Assembly (NCBI GenBank): GCA_964016885.1 | Contig: OZ024740.1 | Location: 416,888,001-416,952,000, forward strand | Length of the DNA: 64,000 nucleotides | Direction of reading: 5' to 3' | Source: Eledone cirrhosa | Lineage: Eukaryota | Shown: one piece after another, positions 24,801-37,700 of the stretch | Position numbering within the stretch: the stretch's first letter is position 1 | How the letters are laid out: each line of letters begins with the position of its first letter | Program-made: the position numbers and the translations under genes | The notes under the pieces: model-generated | What the model saw: the letters and a program-made list of their open reading frames with translations, nothing else | Databases searched by the model: none | What the model was told of the DNA's origin: nothing

Positions 24801-27800
24801 TTTGTTGTGATGTGTTGGTGGTGTTGGTACAGTATAGTTTGTTGTGATGTGTTGGTGGTGTTGGTAGAGTATAGTTTGTTGTGATGTGTTGGTGGTGTTG
24901 GTAGAGTATAGTTTGTTGTGATGTGTTGGTGGTGTTGGTAGAGTATAGTTTGTTGTGATGTGTTGGTGGTGTTGACACAGTATAGTTTGTTGTGATGTGT
25001 TGGTGGTGTTGGTAGAGTATAGTTTGTTGTGATGTGTTGGTAGTGTTGGTACAGTATAGTTTGTTGTGATGTGTTGGTGGTGTTGGTACAGTGTAGTTTG
25101 TGGTGATGTGTTGGTGGTGTTGGCACAGTATAGTTTGTTGTCATGTGTTGGTGGTGTTCGTAGAGTATAGTTTGTTGTGATGTCTTGGTGGTGTTGGTAC
25201 ATTATAGTTTGTTGTGATGTGTTGGTAGTGTTGATACAGTATAGTTTGTTGTGATGTGTTGGTGGTGATGGCACAGTATAGTTGTTGTGATGTGGTGGTG
25301 GTGTTGGTAGAGTATAGTTTGTTGTGATGTGTTGGTGGTGTTGGTAGAGTATAGTTTGTTATGATGTGTTGGTGGTGTTGGTAGAGTATAGTTTGTTGTG
25401 ATGTGTTGGTGGTGTTGGTAGAGTATAGTTTGTTGTGATGTGTTGGTGGTGTTGGCACAGTATAGTTTGTTGTGATGTGTTGGTGGTGTTGGTAGAGTAT
25501 AGTTTGTTGTGATGTGTTGGTGGTGTTGGCACAGTATAGTTTGTTGTGATGTGTTGGTGGTGTTGGCACAGTATAGTTTGTTGTGATGTGTTGGTGGTGT
25601 TGGCACAGTATAGTTTGTTGTGATGTGTTGGTGGTGTTGGTAGAGTATATTTGTTGTGATGTGTTGGTGGTGTTGGTAGAGTATAGTTTGTTGTGATGTG
25701 TTGGTGGTGTTGGTACAGTATAGTTTGTTGTGATGTGTTGGTGGTGTTCGTAGAGTATAGTTTGTTGTGATGTGTTGATGGTGTTGGTAGAGTATAGTTT
25801 GGTGTGATGTGTTGATGGTGTTGGTACAGTATAGTTTGTTGTGATGTGTTGGTGGTGTTGGTACAGTATAGTTTGTTGTGATGTGTTGGTGCTGTTGGCA
25901 CAGTATAGTTTGTTGTGATGTGTTGGGGATGTTGGTAGAGTATAGTTTGTTGTGATGTGTTGGTGGTGTTGGTACATTATAGTTTGTTGTGATGTGTTGG
26001 TGGTGTTAATAGAGTATAGTTTGTTGTGATGTGTTGGTGGTGTTGGTAGAGTATAGTTTGTTGTGATGTGTTGGTGGTGTTGGTTGAGTATTGTCTGTTG
26101 TGATGTGTTGGTGGTGTTGGCACAGTATAGTTTGTTGTGATGTGTTGGTGGTGTTGGTACAGTATAGTTTGTTGTGATGTGTTGGTGGTGTTGGTACAGT
26201 ATAGTTTGTTGTGATGTGTTGGTGGTGTTGGTACAGTATAATTTGTTGTGATGTGTTGGTGCTGCTGGTACAGTATAGTTTGTTGTGATGTGTTGGTGAT
26301 GTTGGTACAGTATAGTTTGTTGTGATGTGTTGGTGGTGTTGGCACGGCATAGTTTGTTGTGATGTGTTGGTGGTGTTGGTACAGTATAGTTTATTGTGAT
26401 GTGTTGGTGGTGTTGGCAGAGTATATTTTGTTGTGATGTGTTGGTGGTGTTGGTACAGTATAGTTTGTTGTGATGTGTTGGTGGTGTTGGTACAGTATAG
26501 TTTGTTGTGATGTGTTGGTGGTGTTGGTACAGTATAGTTTGTTGTGATGTGTTGGTGGTGTTGGCACAGTATAGTTTGTTGTGATGTGTTGGTGATGTTG
26601 GTAGAGTATAGTTTGTTGTGATGTGTCGGTGGTGTTGGTACATTATAGTTTGTTGTGATGTGTTGGTGTTGTTGGTACAGTATAGTTTGTTGTGATGTGT
26701 TGGTGGTGTTCGTACAGTATAGTTTGTTGTGATGTGTTGATGGTGTTGTTAGAGTATAGTTTGTTGTGATGTGTTGATGGTGTTGGTAGAGTATAGTTTG
26801 TTGTGATATGTTGGTGGTGTTGGCACAGTATAGTTTGTTGTGATGTGTTGGTGGTGTTGGCACAGCATAGTTTGTTGTGATGTGTTGGTGGTGTTGTTAC
26901 AGTATAGTTTGTTGCAATGTGTTGGTGGTGTTGGTACAGTATAGTTTGTTGTGATGTGTTGGTGGTGGTGGTAAAGTATAGTTTGTTGAAATGTGTTGGT
27001 GGTGTTGGCACAGTATAGTTTGTTGTGATGTGTTGGTGGTGTTGGTACAGTATAGTTTGTTGTGATGTGTTGGTGGTGTTGGTAGAGTACAGTTTATTTT
27101 GATGTGTTGGTGGTGTTGGCACAGTATAGTTTGTTGTGATGTGTTGGTGCTGTTGGTACAGTATAGTTTGTTGTGATGAGTTGGTGGTGTTGGTAGAGTA
27201 TAGTTTGTTGTGATTTGTTGGTGGTGTTGGTAGAGTATAGTTTGTTGTGATGTGTTGGTGGTGTTGACACAGTATAGTTTGTTGTGATGTGTTGGTACAG
27301 TATAGTTTGTTGTGATGTGTTGGTGGTGTTGGGAGAGTATCGTTTGTTGTGATGTGTTGGTGGTGTTGGCACAGTATAGTTTGTTGTGATGTGTTGGTGG
27401 TGTTGGTAGAGTATAGTTTCTTGTGATGTGTTGGTGGTGTTGACACAGTATAGTTTGTTGTGATGTGTTGGTGGTGTTGGTAGAGTATAGTTTGTTGTGA
27501 TGTGTTGGTAGTGTTGGTACAGTATTGTTTGTTGTGATGTGTTGGTGGTGTTGGTACAGTGTAGTTTGTGGTAATGTGTTGGTAGTGTTGATACAGTATA
27601 GTTTGTTGTGATGTGTTGGTGGTGTTGGCACAGTATAGTTTGTTGTGATGTGGTGGTGGTGTTGGTAGTGTATAGTTTGTTGTGATGTGTTGGTCGTGTT
27701 GATACATTATAGTTTGTTGTGATGTGTTGGTGGTGTTGGCACAGTATAGTTTGTTGTGATGTGGAGGTGGTGTTGGTAGAGTATAGTTTGTTGTGTTGTG

Positions 27801-30800
27801 TTGGTGGTGTTGGTAGAGTATAGTTTGTTATGATGTGTTGCTGGTGTTGGTACAGTATAGTTTGTTGTGATGTGTTGGTGGTGTTGGTAGAGTATAGTTT
27901 GTTGTGATGTGTTGGTGGTGTTGACACAGTATAGTTTGTTGTGATGTGTTGGTGGTGTTGGTACAGTATAGTTTGTTGTGATGTGTTGGTGGTGTTGGTA
28001 CAGTATAGTTTGTTGTGATGTGTTGGTGGTGTTGGTAGAGTATAGTTTGTTGTGATGTGTTGGTGGTGTTGGTAGAGTATAGTTTGTTATGATGTGTTGG
28101 TGGTGTTGGTAGAGTATAGTTTGTTGTGATGTGTTGGTGGTGTTGGTAGAGTACAGTTTGTTGTGATGTGTTGGTGGTGTTGGCACAGTATAGTTTGTTG
28201 TGATGTGTTGGTGGTGTTGGTAGAGTATAGTTTGTTGTGATGTGTTGGTGGTGTTGGCACAGTATAGTTTGTTGTGATGTGTTGGTGGTGTTGGCACAGT
28301 ATAGTTTGTTGTGATTTGTTGGTGGTGTTGGCACAGTATAGTTTGTTGTGATGTGTTGGTGGTGTTGGTAGAGTATAGTTTGTTGTGATGTGTTGGTGGT
28401 GTTGGTAGAGTATAGTTTGTTGTGATGTGTTGGTGGTGTTGGTACAGTATAGTTTGTTGTGATGTGTTGATGGTGTTGGTAGAGTATAGTTTGTTGTGAT
28501 GTGTTGGTGGTGTTGGTACAGTATAGTTTGTTGTGATGCGTTGGTGGTGTTCGTAGAGTATAGTTTGTTGTGATGTGTTGATGGTGTTGGTAGAGTATAG
28601 TTTGGTGTGATGTGTTGATGGTGTTGTTACAGTATAGTTTGTTGTGATGTGTTGGTGGTGTTGGTACAGTATAGTTTGTTGTTATGTGTTGGTGCTGTTG
28701 GCACAGTATAGTTTGTTGTGATGTGTTGGGGATGTTGGTAGAGTATAGTTTGTTGTGATGTGTTGGTGGTGTTGGTACATTATAGTTTGTTGTGATGTGT
28801 TGGTGGTGTTGATAGAGTATAGTTTGTTGTGATGTGTTGGTGGTGTTGGTAGAGTATAGTTTGTTGTGATGTGTTGGTGGTGTTGGTTGAGTATAGTCTG
28901 TTGTGATGTGTTGGTGGTGTAGGCACAGTATAGTTTGTTGTGATGTGTTGGTGGTGTTGGTACAGTATAGTTTGTTGTGATGTGTTGGTGGTGTTGCTAC
29001 AGTATAGTTTGTTGTGATGTGTTGGTGGTGTTTGTACAGTATAATTTGTTGTGATGTGATGGTGCTGTTGGTACAGTATAGTTTGTTGTGATGGGTTGGT
29101 GATGTTGGTACAGTATAGTTTGTTGTGATGTGTTGGTGGTGTTGGTACAGTATAATTTGTTGTGATGTGTTGGTGGTGTTGGCACGGCATAGTTTGTTGT
29201 GATGTGTTGGTGGTGTTGGTACAGTATAGTTTATTGTGATGTGTTGGTGGTGTTGGCACAGTATAGTTTGTTGTGATGTGTTGGTGGTGTTGGTAGAATA
29301 TAATTTGTTGTGATGAGTTGGTGGTGTTGGTAGAGTATAGTTTGTTGTGATGTGTTGGTGGTGTTGGTAGAGTATAGTTTGTTGTGATGTGTTGGTGGTG
29401 TTGACACAGTATAGTTTGTTGTGATGTGTTGGTGGTGTTGGTACAGTATAGTTTGTTGTGATGTGTTGGTGGTGTTGGTAGAGTATAGTTTGTTGTGATG
29501 TGTTGGTGGTGTTGGTAGAGTATAGTTTGTTGTGATATGTTGGTGGTGTTGGTAGAGTATAGTTTGTTATGATGTGTTGGTGGTGTTGACACAGTATAGT
29601 TTGTTGTGATGTGTTGGTGGTGTTGGTACAGTATAGTTTGTTGTGATGTGTTGGTGGTGTTGGTAGAGTATAGTTTGTTGTGATGTGTTGGTGGTGTTGG
29701 TAGAGTATAGTTTGTTGTGATGTGTTGGTGGTGTTGGTAGAGTATAGTTTGTTGTGATGTGTTGGTGGTGTTGACACAGTATAGTTTGTTGTGATGTGTT
29801 GGTGGTGTTGGTAGAGTATAGTTTGTTGTGATGTGTTGGTAGTGTTGGTACAGTATAGTTTGTTGTGATGTGTTGGTGGTGTTGGTACAGTGTAGTTTGT
29901 GGTGATGTGTTGGTGGTGTTGGCACAGTATAGTTTGTTGTCATGTGTTGGTGGTGTTCGTAGAGTATAGTTTGTTGTGATGTCTTGGTGGTGTTGGTACA
30001 TTATAGTTTGTTGTGATGTGTTGGTAGTGTTGATACAGTATAGTTTGTTGTGATGTGTTGGTGGTGATGGCACAGTATAGTTGTTGTGATGTGGTGGTGG
30101 TGTTGGTAGAGTATAGTTTGTTGTGATGTGTTGGTGGTGTTGGTAGAGTATAGTTTGTTATGATGTGTTGGTGGTGTTGGTAGAGTATAGTTTGTTGTGA
30201 TGTGTTGGTGGTGTTGGTAGAGTATAGTTTGTTGTGATGTGTTGGTGGTGTTGGCACAGTATAGTTTGTTGTGATGTGTTGGTGGTGTTGGTAGAGTATA
30301 GTTTGTTGTGATGTGTTGGTGGTGTTGGCACAGTATAGTTTGTTGTGATGTGTTGGTGGTGTTGGCACAGTATAGTTTGTTGTGATGTGTTGGTGGTGTT
30401 GGCACAGTATAGTTTGTTGTGATGTGTTGGTGGTGTTGGTAGAGTATATTTGTTGTGATGTGTTGGTGGTGTTGGTAGAGTATAGTTTGTTGTGATGTGT
30501 TGGTGGTGTTGGTACAGTATAGTTTGTTGTGATGTGTTGATGGTGTTGGTAGAGTATAGTTTGTTGTGATGTGTTGGTGGTGTTGGTACAGTATAGTTTG
30601 TTGTGATGTGTTGGTGGTGTTCGTAGAGTATAGTTTGTTGTGATGTGTTGATGGTGTTGGTAGAGTATAGTTTGGTGTGATGTGTTGATGGTGTTGGTAC
30701 AGTATAGTTTGTTGTGATGTGTTGGTGGTGTTGGTACAGTATAGTTTGTTGTGATGTGTTGGTGCTGTTGGCACAGTATAGTTTGTTGTGATGTGTTGGG

Positions 30801-31300
30801 GATGTTGGTAGAGTATAGTTTGTTGTGATGTGTTGGTGGTGTTGGTACATTATAGTTTGTTGTGATGTGTTGGTGGTGTTAATAGAGTATAGTTTGTTGT
30901 GATGTGTTGGTGGTGTTGGTAGAGTATAGTTTGTTGTGATGTGTTGGTGGTGTTGGTTGAGTATTGTCTGTTGTGATGTGTTGGTGGTGTTGGCACAGTA
31001 TAGTTTGTTGTGATGTGTTGGTGGTGTTGGTACAGTATAGTTTGTTGTGATGTGTTGGTGGTGTTGGTACAGTATAGTTTGTTGTGATGTGTTGGTGGTG
31101 TTGGTACAGTATAATTTGTTGTGATGTGTTGGTGCTGCTGGTACAGTATAGTTTGTTGTGATGTGTTGGTGATGTTGGTACAGTATAGTTTGTTGTGATG
31201 TGTTGGTGGTGTTGGCACGGCATAGTTTGTTGTGATGTGTTGGTGGTGTTGGTACAGTATAGTTTGTTGTGATGTGTCGGTGGTGTTGGTACATTATAGT
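21845..31300. repeat. Tandem block duplication of about 130 monomers (4799 bp)
   Basis: ORF pairs 22098/26897, 22295/27094, 23029/27828, 23981/28780 and 24768/29567 are all offset 4799 = 130x37-11 (one -9 unit and two -1 units). Private markers are shared, e.g. GGAGGTGG at about 22965/27764 and TAGGCAC at 24121/28920. Confidence 0.93.
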
Positions 31301-31659
31301 TTGTTGTGATGTGTTGGTGGTGTTGGTAGAGTATAGTTTGTTGTGATGTGTTGGTGGTGTTGGTACATCATAGTTTGTTGTGATGTGTTGCTGGTGTTGA
31401 TACAGTATAGTTTGTTGTGATGTGGTGGTGGTGTTGGTAGAGTATAGTTTGTTGTGATGTGTTGGTGGTGTTGGTAGAGTATAGTTTGTTGTGATGTGTT
31501 GGTGGTGTTGGCACAGTATAGTTTGTTGTGATGTGTTGGTGGTGTTGGCACAGTATAGTTTGTTGTGATGTGTTGGTGGTGTTGGCACAGTATAGTTTGT
31601 TATGATGTGTTGGTGGTGTTGGTAGAGTATAGTTTGTTGTGATATGTTGGTGGTGTTGG

Positions 31660-34600
31660 TAGAGTATAGTTTGTTGTGATGTGTTGGTGGTGTTGACACA
31701 GTATAGTTTGTTGTGATGTGTTGGTGGTGTTGGTACAGTATAGTTTGTTGTGATGTGTTGGTGGTGTTGGTAGAGTATAGTTTGTTGTGATGTGTTGGTG
31801 GTGTTGGTAGAGTATAGTTTGTTGTGATGTGTTGGTGGTGTTGGCACAGTATAGTTTGTTGAAATGTGTTGGTGGTGTTGGCACAGTATAGTTTGTTGTG
31901 ATGTGTTGGTGGTGTTGGTAGAGTATAGTTTGTTGTGATGTGTTGGTGGTGTTGGTACAGTATAGTTTGTTGTGATGTGTTGGTGGTGTTGGTACAATAT
32001 AGTTTGTTGAAATGTGTTGGTGGTGTTGGCACAGTATAGTTTGTTGTGATGTGTTGGTGGTGTTGGTAGAGTATAGTTTGTTGTGATGAGTTGGTGGTGT
32101 TGGCACAGTATAGTTTGTTGTGATGTGTTGGTGGTGTTGGTACAGTATAGTTTGTTGTGATGTGTTGGTGGTGTTGGTACAGTATAGTTTATTGTGATGT
32201 GATGGTTGTGTTGGTACAGTATAGTTTGTTGTGATGTGTTGGTGGTGTTGGTAGAGTACAGTTTATTTTGATGTGTTGGTGGTGTTGGCACAGTATAGTT
32301 TGTTGTGATGTGTTGGTGCTGTTGGTACAGTATAGTTTGTTGTGATGAGTTGGTGGTGTTGGTAGAGTATAGTTTGTTGTGATTTGTTGGTGGTGTTGGT
32401 AGAGTATAGTTTGTTGTGATGTGTTGGTGGTGTTGACACAGTATAGTTTGTTGTGATGTGTTGGTGGTGTTGATACCGTATAGTTTGTTGTGATGTGTTG
32501 GTGGTGTTGGGAGAGTATCGTTTGTTGTGATGTGTTGGTGGTGTTGGCACAGTATAGTTTGTTGTGATGTGTTGGTAGAGTATAGTTTGTTGTGATGTGT
32601 TGGTGGTGTTGACACAGTATAGTTTGTTGTGATGTATTGGTGGTGTTGGTAGAGTATAGTTTGTTGTGATGTGTTGGTAGTGTTGGTACAGTATTGTTTG
32701 TTGTGATGTGTTGGTGGTGTTGGTACAGTGTAGTTTGTGGTGATGTGTTGTTAGTGTTGATGCAGTATAGTTTGTTGTGATGTGTTGGTGGTGTTGGCAC
32801 AGTATAGTTTGTTCTGATGTGGTGGTGGTGTTGGTAGAGTATAGTTTGTTGTGATGTGTTGGTAGTGTTGATACATTATAGTTTGTTGTGATGTGTTGGT
32901 GGTGTTGGCACAGTATAGTTTGTTGTGATGTGGTGATGGTGTTGGTAGAGTATAGTTTGTTGTGTTGTGTTGGTGGTGTTGGTAGAGTATAGTTTGTTAT
33001 GATGTGTTGGTGGTGTTGGTAGAGTATAGTTTGTTGTGATGTGTTGGTGGTGTTGGTAGAGTATAGTTTGTTGTGATGTGTTGGTGGTGTTGACACAGTA
33101 TAGTTTGTTGTGATGTGTTGGTGGTGTTGGTACAGTATAGTTTGTTGTGATGTGTTGGTGGTGTTGGTAGAGTATAGTTTGTTGTGATGTGTTGGTGGTG
33201 TTGGTAGAGTATAGTTTGTTGTGATGTGTTGGTGGTGTTGACACAGTATAGTTTGTTGTGATGTGTTGGTGGTGTTGGTACAGTATAGTTTGTTGTGATG
33301 TGTTGGTGGTGTTGGTAGACTATAGTTTGTTGTGATGTGTTGGTGGTGTTGGTAGAGTATAGTTTGTTGTGATGTGTTGGTGGTGTTGGCACAGTATAGT
33401 TTGTTGAAATGTGTTGGTGGTGTTGGCACAGTATAGTTTGTTGTGATGTGTTGGTGGTGTTGGTAGAGTATAGTTTGTTGTGATGTGTTGGTGGTGTTGG
33501 TACAGTATAGTTTGTTGTGATGTGTTGGTGGTGTTGGTACAATATAGTTTGTTGAAATGTGTTGGTGGTGTTGGCACAGTATAGTTTGTTGTGATGTGTT
33601 GGTGGTGTTGGTAGAGTATAGTTTGTTGTGATGAGTTGGTGGTGTTGGCACAGTATAGTTTGTTGTGATGTGTTGGTGGTATTGGTACAGTATAGTTTGT
33701 TGTGATGTGTTGGTGGTGTTGGTACAGTATAGTTTATTGTGATGTGATGGTTGTGTTGGTACAGTATAGTTTGTTGTGATGTGTTGGTGGTGTTGGTAGA
33801 GTACAGTTTATTTTGATGTGTTGGTGGTGTTGGCACAGTATAGTTTGTTGTGATGTGTTGGTGCTGTTGGTACAGTATAGTTTGTTGTGATGAGTTGGTG
33901 GTGTTGGTAGAGTATAGTTTGTTGTGATTTGTTGGTGGTGTTGGTAGAGTATAGTTTGTTGTGATGTGTTGGTGGTGTTGACACAGTATAGTTTGTTGTG
34001 ATGTGTTGGTGGTGTTGATACAGTATAGTTTGTTGTGATGTGTTGGTGGTGTTGGGAGAGTATCGTTTGTTGTGATGTGTTGGTGGTGTTGGCACAGTAT
34101 AGTTTGTTGTGATGTGTTGGTGGTGTTGGTAGAGTATAGTTTGTTGTGATGTGTTGGTGGTGTTGACACAGTATAGTTTGTTGTGATGTATTGGTGGTGT
34201 TGGTAGAGTATAGTTTGTTGTGATGTGTTGGTAGTGTTGGTACAGTATTGTTTGTTGTGATGTGTTGGTGGTGTTGGTACAGTGTAGTTTGTGATGATGT
34301 GTTGGTAGTGTTGATACAGTATAGTTTGTTGTGATGTGTTGGTGGTGTTGGCACAGTATAGTTTGTTCTGATGTGGTGGTGGTGTTGGTAGAGTATAGTT
34401 TGTTGTGATGTGTTGGTAGTGTTGATACATTATAGTTTGTTGTGATGTGTTGGTGGTGTTGGCACAGTATAGTTTGTTGTGATGTGGTGATGGTGTTGGT
34501 AGAGTATAGTTTGTTGTGTTGTGTTGGTGGTGTTGGTAGAGTATAGTTTGTTATGATGTGTTGGTGGTGTTGGTAGAGTATAGTTTGTTGTGATGTGTTG

Positions 34601-34760
34601 GTGGTGTTGGTAGAGTATAGTTTGTTGTGATGTGTTGGTGGTGTTGACACAGTATAGTTTGTTGTGATGTGTTGGTGGTGTTGGTACAGTATAGTTTGTT
34701 GTGATGTGTTGGTGGTGTTGGTAGAGTATAGTTTGTTGTGATGTGTTGGTGGTGTTGGTA
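31660..34760. repeat. Tandem block duplication of 42 monomers (1545-1554 bp)
   Basis: CAATATAG at about 31996/33541 and GAAATG at 31861/33406 (offset 1545). ORF boundaries 32876/34430 and 32997/34551 are offset 1554 = 42x37. Confidence 0.85.
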
Positions 34761-37700
34761 GAGTATAGTTTGTTGTGATGTGTTGGTGGTGTTGGTAGAG
34801 TATAGTTTGTTGTGATGTGTTGGTGGTGTTGGTAGAGTATAGTTTGTTGTGATGTGTTGGTGGTGTTGGTAGAGTATAGTTTGTTGTGATGTGTTGGTGG
34901 TGTTGACACAGTATGGTTTGTTGTGATGTGTTGGTGGTGTTGGTAGAGTATAGTTTGTTGTGATGTGTTGGTAGTGTTGGTACAGTATAGTTTGTTGTGA
35001 TGTGTTGGTGGTGTTGGTACAGTGTAGTTTGTGGTGATGTGTTGGTGGTGTTTGCACAGTATAGCTTGTTGTCATGTGTTGGTGGTGTTCGTAGAGTATA
35101 GTTTGTTGTGATGTCTTGGTGGTGTTGGTACATTATAGTTTGTTGTGATGTGTTGGTAGTGTTGATACAGTATAGTTTGTTGTGATGTGTTGGTGGTGAT
35201 GGCACAGTATAGTTGTTGTGATGTGGTGGTGGTGTTGGTAGAGTATAGTTTGTTGTGATGTGTTGGTGGTGTTGGTAGAGTATAGTTTGTTATGATGTGT
35301 TGGTGGTGTTGGTAGAGTATTGTTTGTTGTGATGTGTTGGTGGTGTTGGTAGAGTATAGTTTGTTGTGATGTGTTGGTTGTGTTGGCACAGTATAGTTTG
35401 TTGTGATGTGTTGGTGGTGTTGGTAGAGTATAGTTTGTTGTGATGTGTTGGTGGTGTTGGCACAGTATAGTTTGTTGTTATGTGTTGGTGGTGTTGGCAC
35501 AGTATAGTTTGTTGTGATGTGTTGGTGGTGTTGGCACAGTATAGTTTGTTGTGATGTGTTGCTGGTGTTGGTAGAGTATAGTTTGTTGTGATGTGTTGGT
35601 GGTGTTGGTAGAGTATAGTTTGTTGTGATGTGTTGGTGGTGTTGGTACAGTATAGTTTGTTGTGATGTGTTGATGGTGTTGGTAGAGTATAGTTCATTGT
35701 GATGTGTTGGTGGTGTTGGTACAGTATAGTTTGTTGTGATGTGTTGGTGCTGTTGGCACAGTATAGTTTCTTGTGATGTGTTGGGGATGTTGGTAGAGTA
35801 TAGTTTGTTGTGATGTGTTGGTGGTGTTGGTACATTATAGTTTGTTGTGATGTGTTGGTGGTGTTAATAGAGTATAGTTTGTTGTGATGTGTTGGTGGTG
35901 TTGGTAGAGTATAGTTTGTTGTGATGTGCTGGTGGTGTTGGTTGAGTATTGTCTGTTGTGATGTGTTGGTGGTGTTGGCACAGTATAGTTTATTGTGATG
36001 TGTTGGTGGTGTTGGTACAGTATAATTTGTTGTGATGTGTTGGTGCTGTTGGTACAGTATTGTTTGTTGTGATGTGTTGGTGATGTTGGTACAGTATAGT
36101 TTGTTGTGATGTGTTGGTGGTGTTGGCACGGCATAGTTTGTTGTGATGTGTTGGTGGTGTTGGTACAGTATAGTTTATTGTGATGTGTTGGTGGTGTTGG
36201 CACAGTATATTTTGTTGTGATGTGTTGGTGGTGTTGGTACAGTATAGTTTGTTGTGATGTGTTGGTGGTGTTGGTACAGTATAGTTTGTTGTGATGTGTT
36301 GGTGGTGTTGGCACAGTATAGTTTGTTGTGATGTGTTGGTGATGTTGGTAGAGTATAGTTTGTTGTGATGTGTCGGTGGTGTTGGTACATTATAGTTTGT
36401 TGTGATGTGTTGGTGGTGTTGGTAGAGTATAGTTTGTTGTGATGTGTTGGTGGTGTTGGTACATTATAGTTTGTTGTGATGTGTTGCTGGTGTTGATACA
36501 GTATAGTTTGTTGTGATGTGGTGGTGGTGTTGGTAGAGTATAGTTTGTTGTGATGTGTTGGTGGTGTTGGCACAGTATAGTTTGTTGTGATGTGTTGGTG
36601 GTGTTGGCACAGTATAGTTTGTTGTGATGTGTTGGTGGTGTTGGCACAGTATAGTTTGTTATGATGTGTTGGTGGTGTTGGTAGAGTATAGTTTGTTGTG
36701 ATATGTTGGTGGTGTTGGTAGAGTATAGTTTGTTGTGATGTGTTGGTGGTGTTGACACAGTATAGTTTGTTGTGATGTGTTGGTGGTGTTGGTACAGTAT
36801 AGTTTGTTGTGATGTGTTGGTGGTGTTGGTAGAGTATAGTTTGTTGTGATATGTTGGTGGTGTTGGTAGAGTATAGTTTGTTGTGATGTGTTGGTGGTGT
36901 TGGCACAGTATAGTTTGTTGAAATGTGTTTGTGGTGTTGGCACAGTATAGTTTGTTGTGATGTGTTGGTGGTGTTGGTAGAGTATAGTTTGTTGTGATGT
37001 GTTGGTGGTGTTGGTACAGTATAGTTTGTTGTGATGTGTTGGTGGTGTTGGTACAGTATAGTTTGTTGAAATGTGTTGGTGGTGTTGGCACAGTATAGTT
37101 TGTTGTGACGTGTTGGTGGTGTTGGTAGAGTATAGTTTGTTGTGATGAGTTGGTGGTGTTGGCACAGTATAGTTTGTTGTGATGTGTTGGTGGTGTTGGT
37201 ACAGTATAGTTTGTTGTGATGTGTTGGTGGTGTTGGTACAGTATAGTTTATTGTGATGTGATGGTGGTGTTGGTACAGTATAATTTGTTGTGATGTGTTG
37301 GTTGTGTTGGTACAGTATAGTTTGTTGTGATGTGTTGGTGGTGTTGGTAGAGTACAGTTTATTTTGATGTGTTGGTGGTGTTGGCACAGTATAGTTTGTT
37401 GTGATGTGTTGGTGGTGTTGGTACAGTATAGTTTGTTGTGATGAGTTGGTGGTGTTGGTAGAGTATAGTTTGTTGTGATTTGTTGGTGGTGTTGGTAGAG
37501 TATAGTTTGTTGTGATGTGCTGGTGGTGTTGACATAGTATAGTTTGTTGTGATGTGTTGGTGGTGTTGATACAGTATAGTTTGTTGTGATGTGTTGGTGG
37601 TGTTGGGAGAGTATCGTTTGTTGTGATGTGTTGGTGGTGTTGGCACAGTATAGTTTGTTGTGATGTGTTGGTGGTGTTGGTAGAGTATAGTTTGTTGTGA

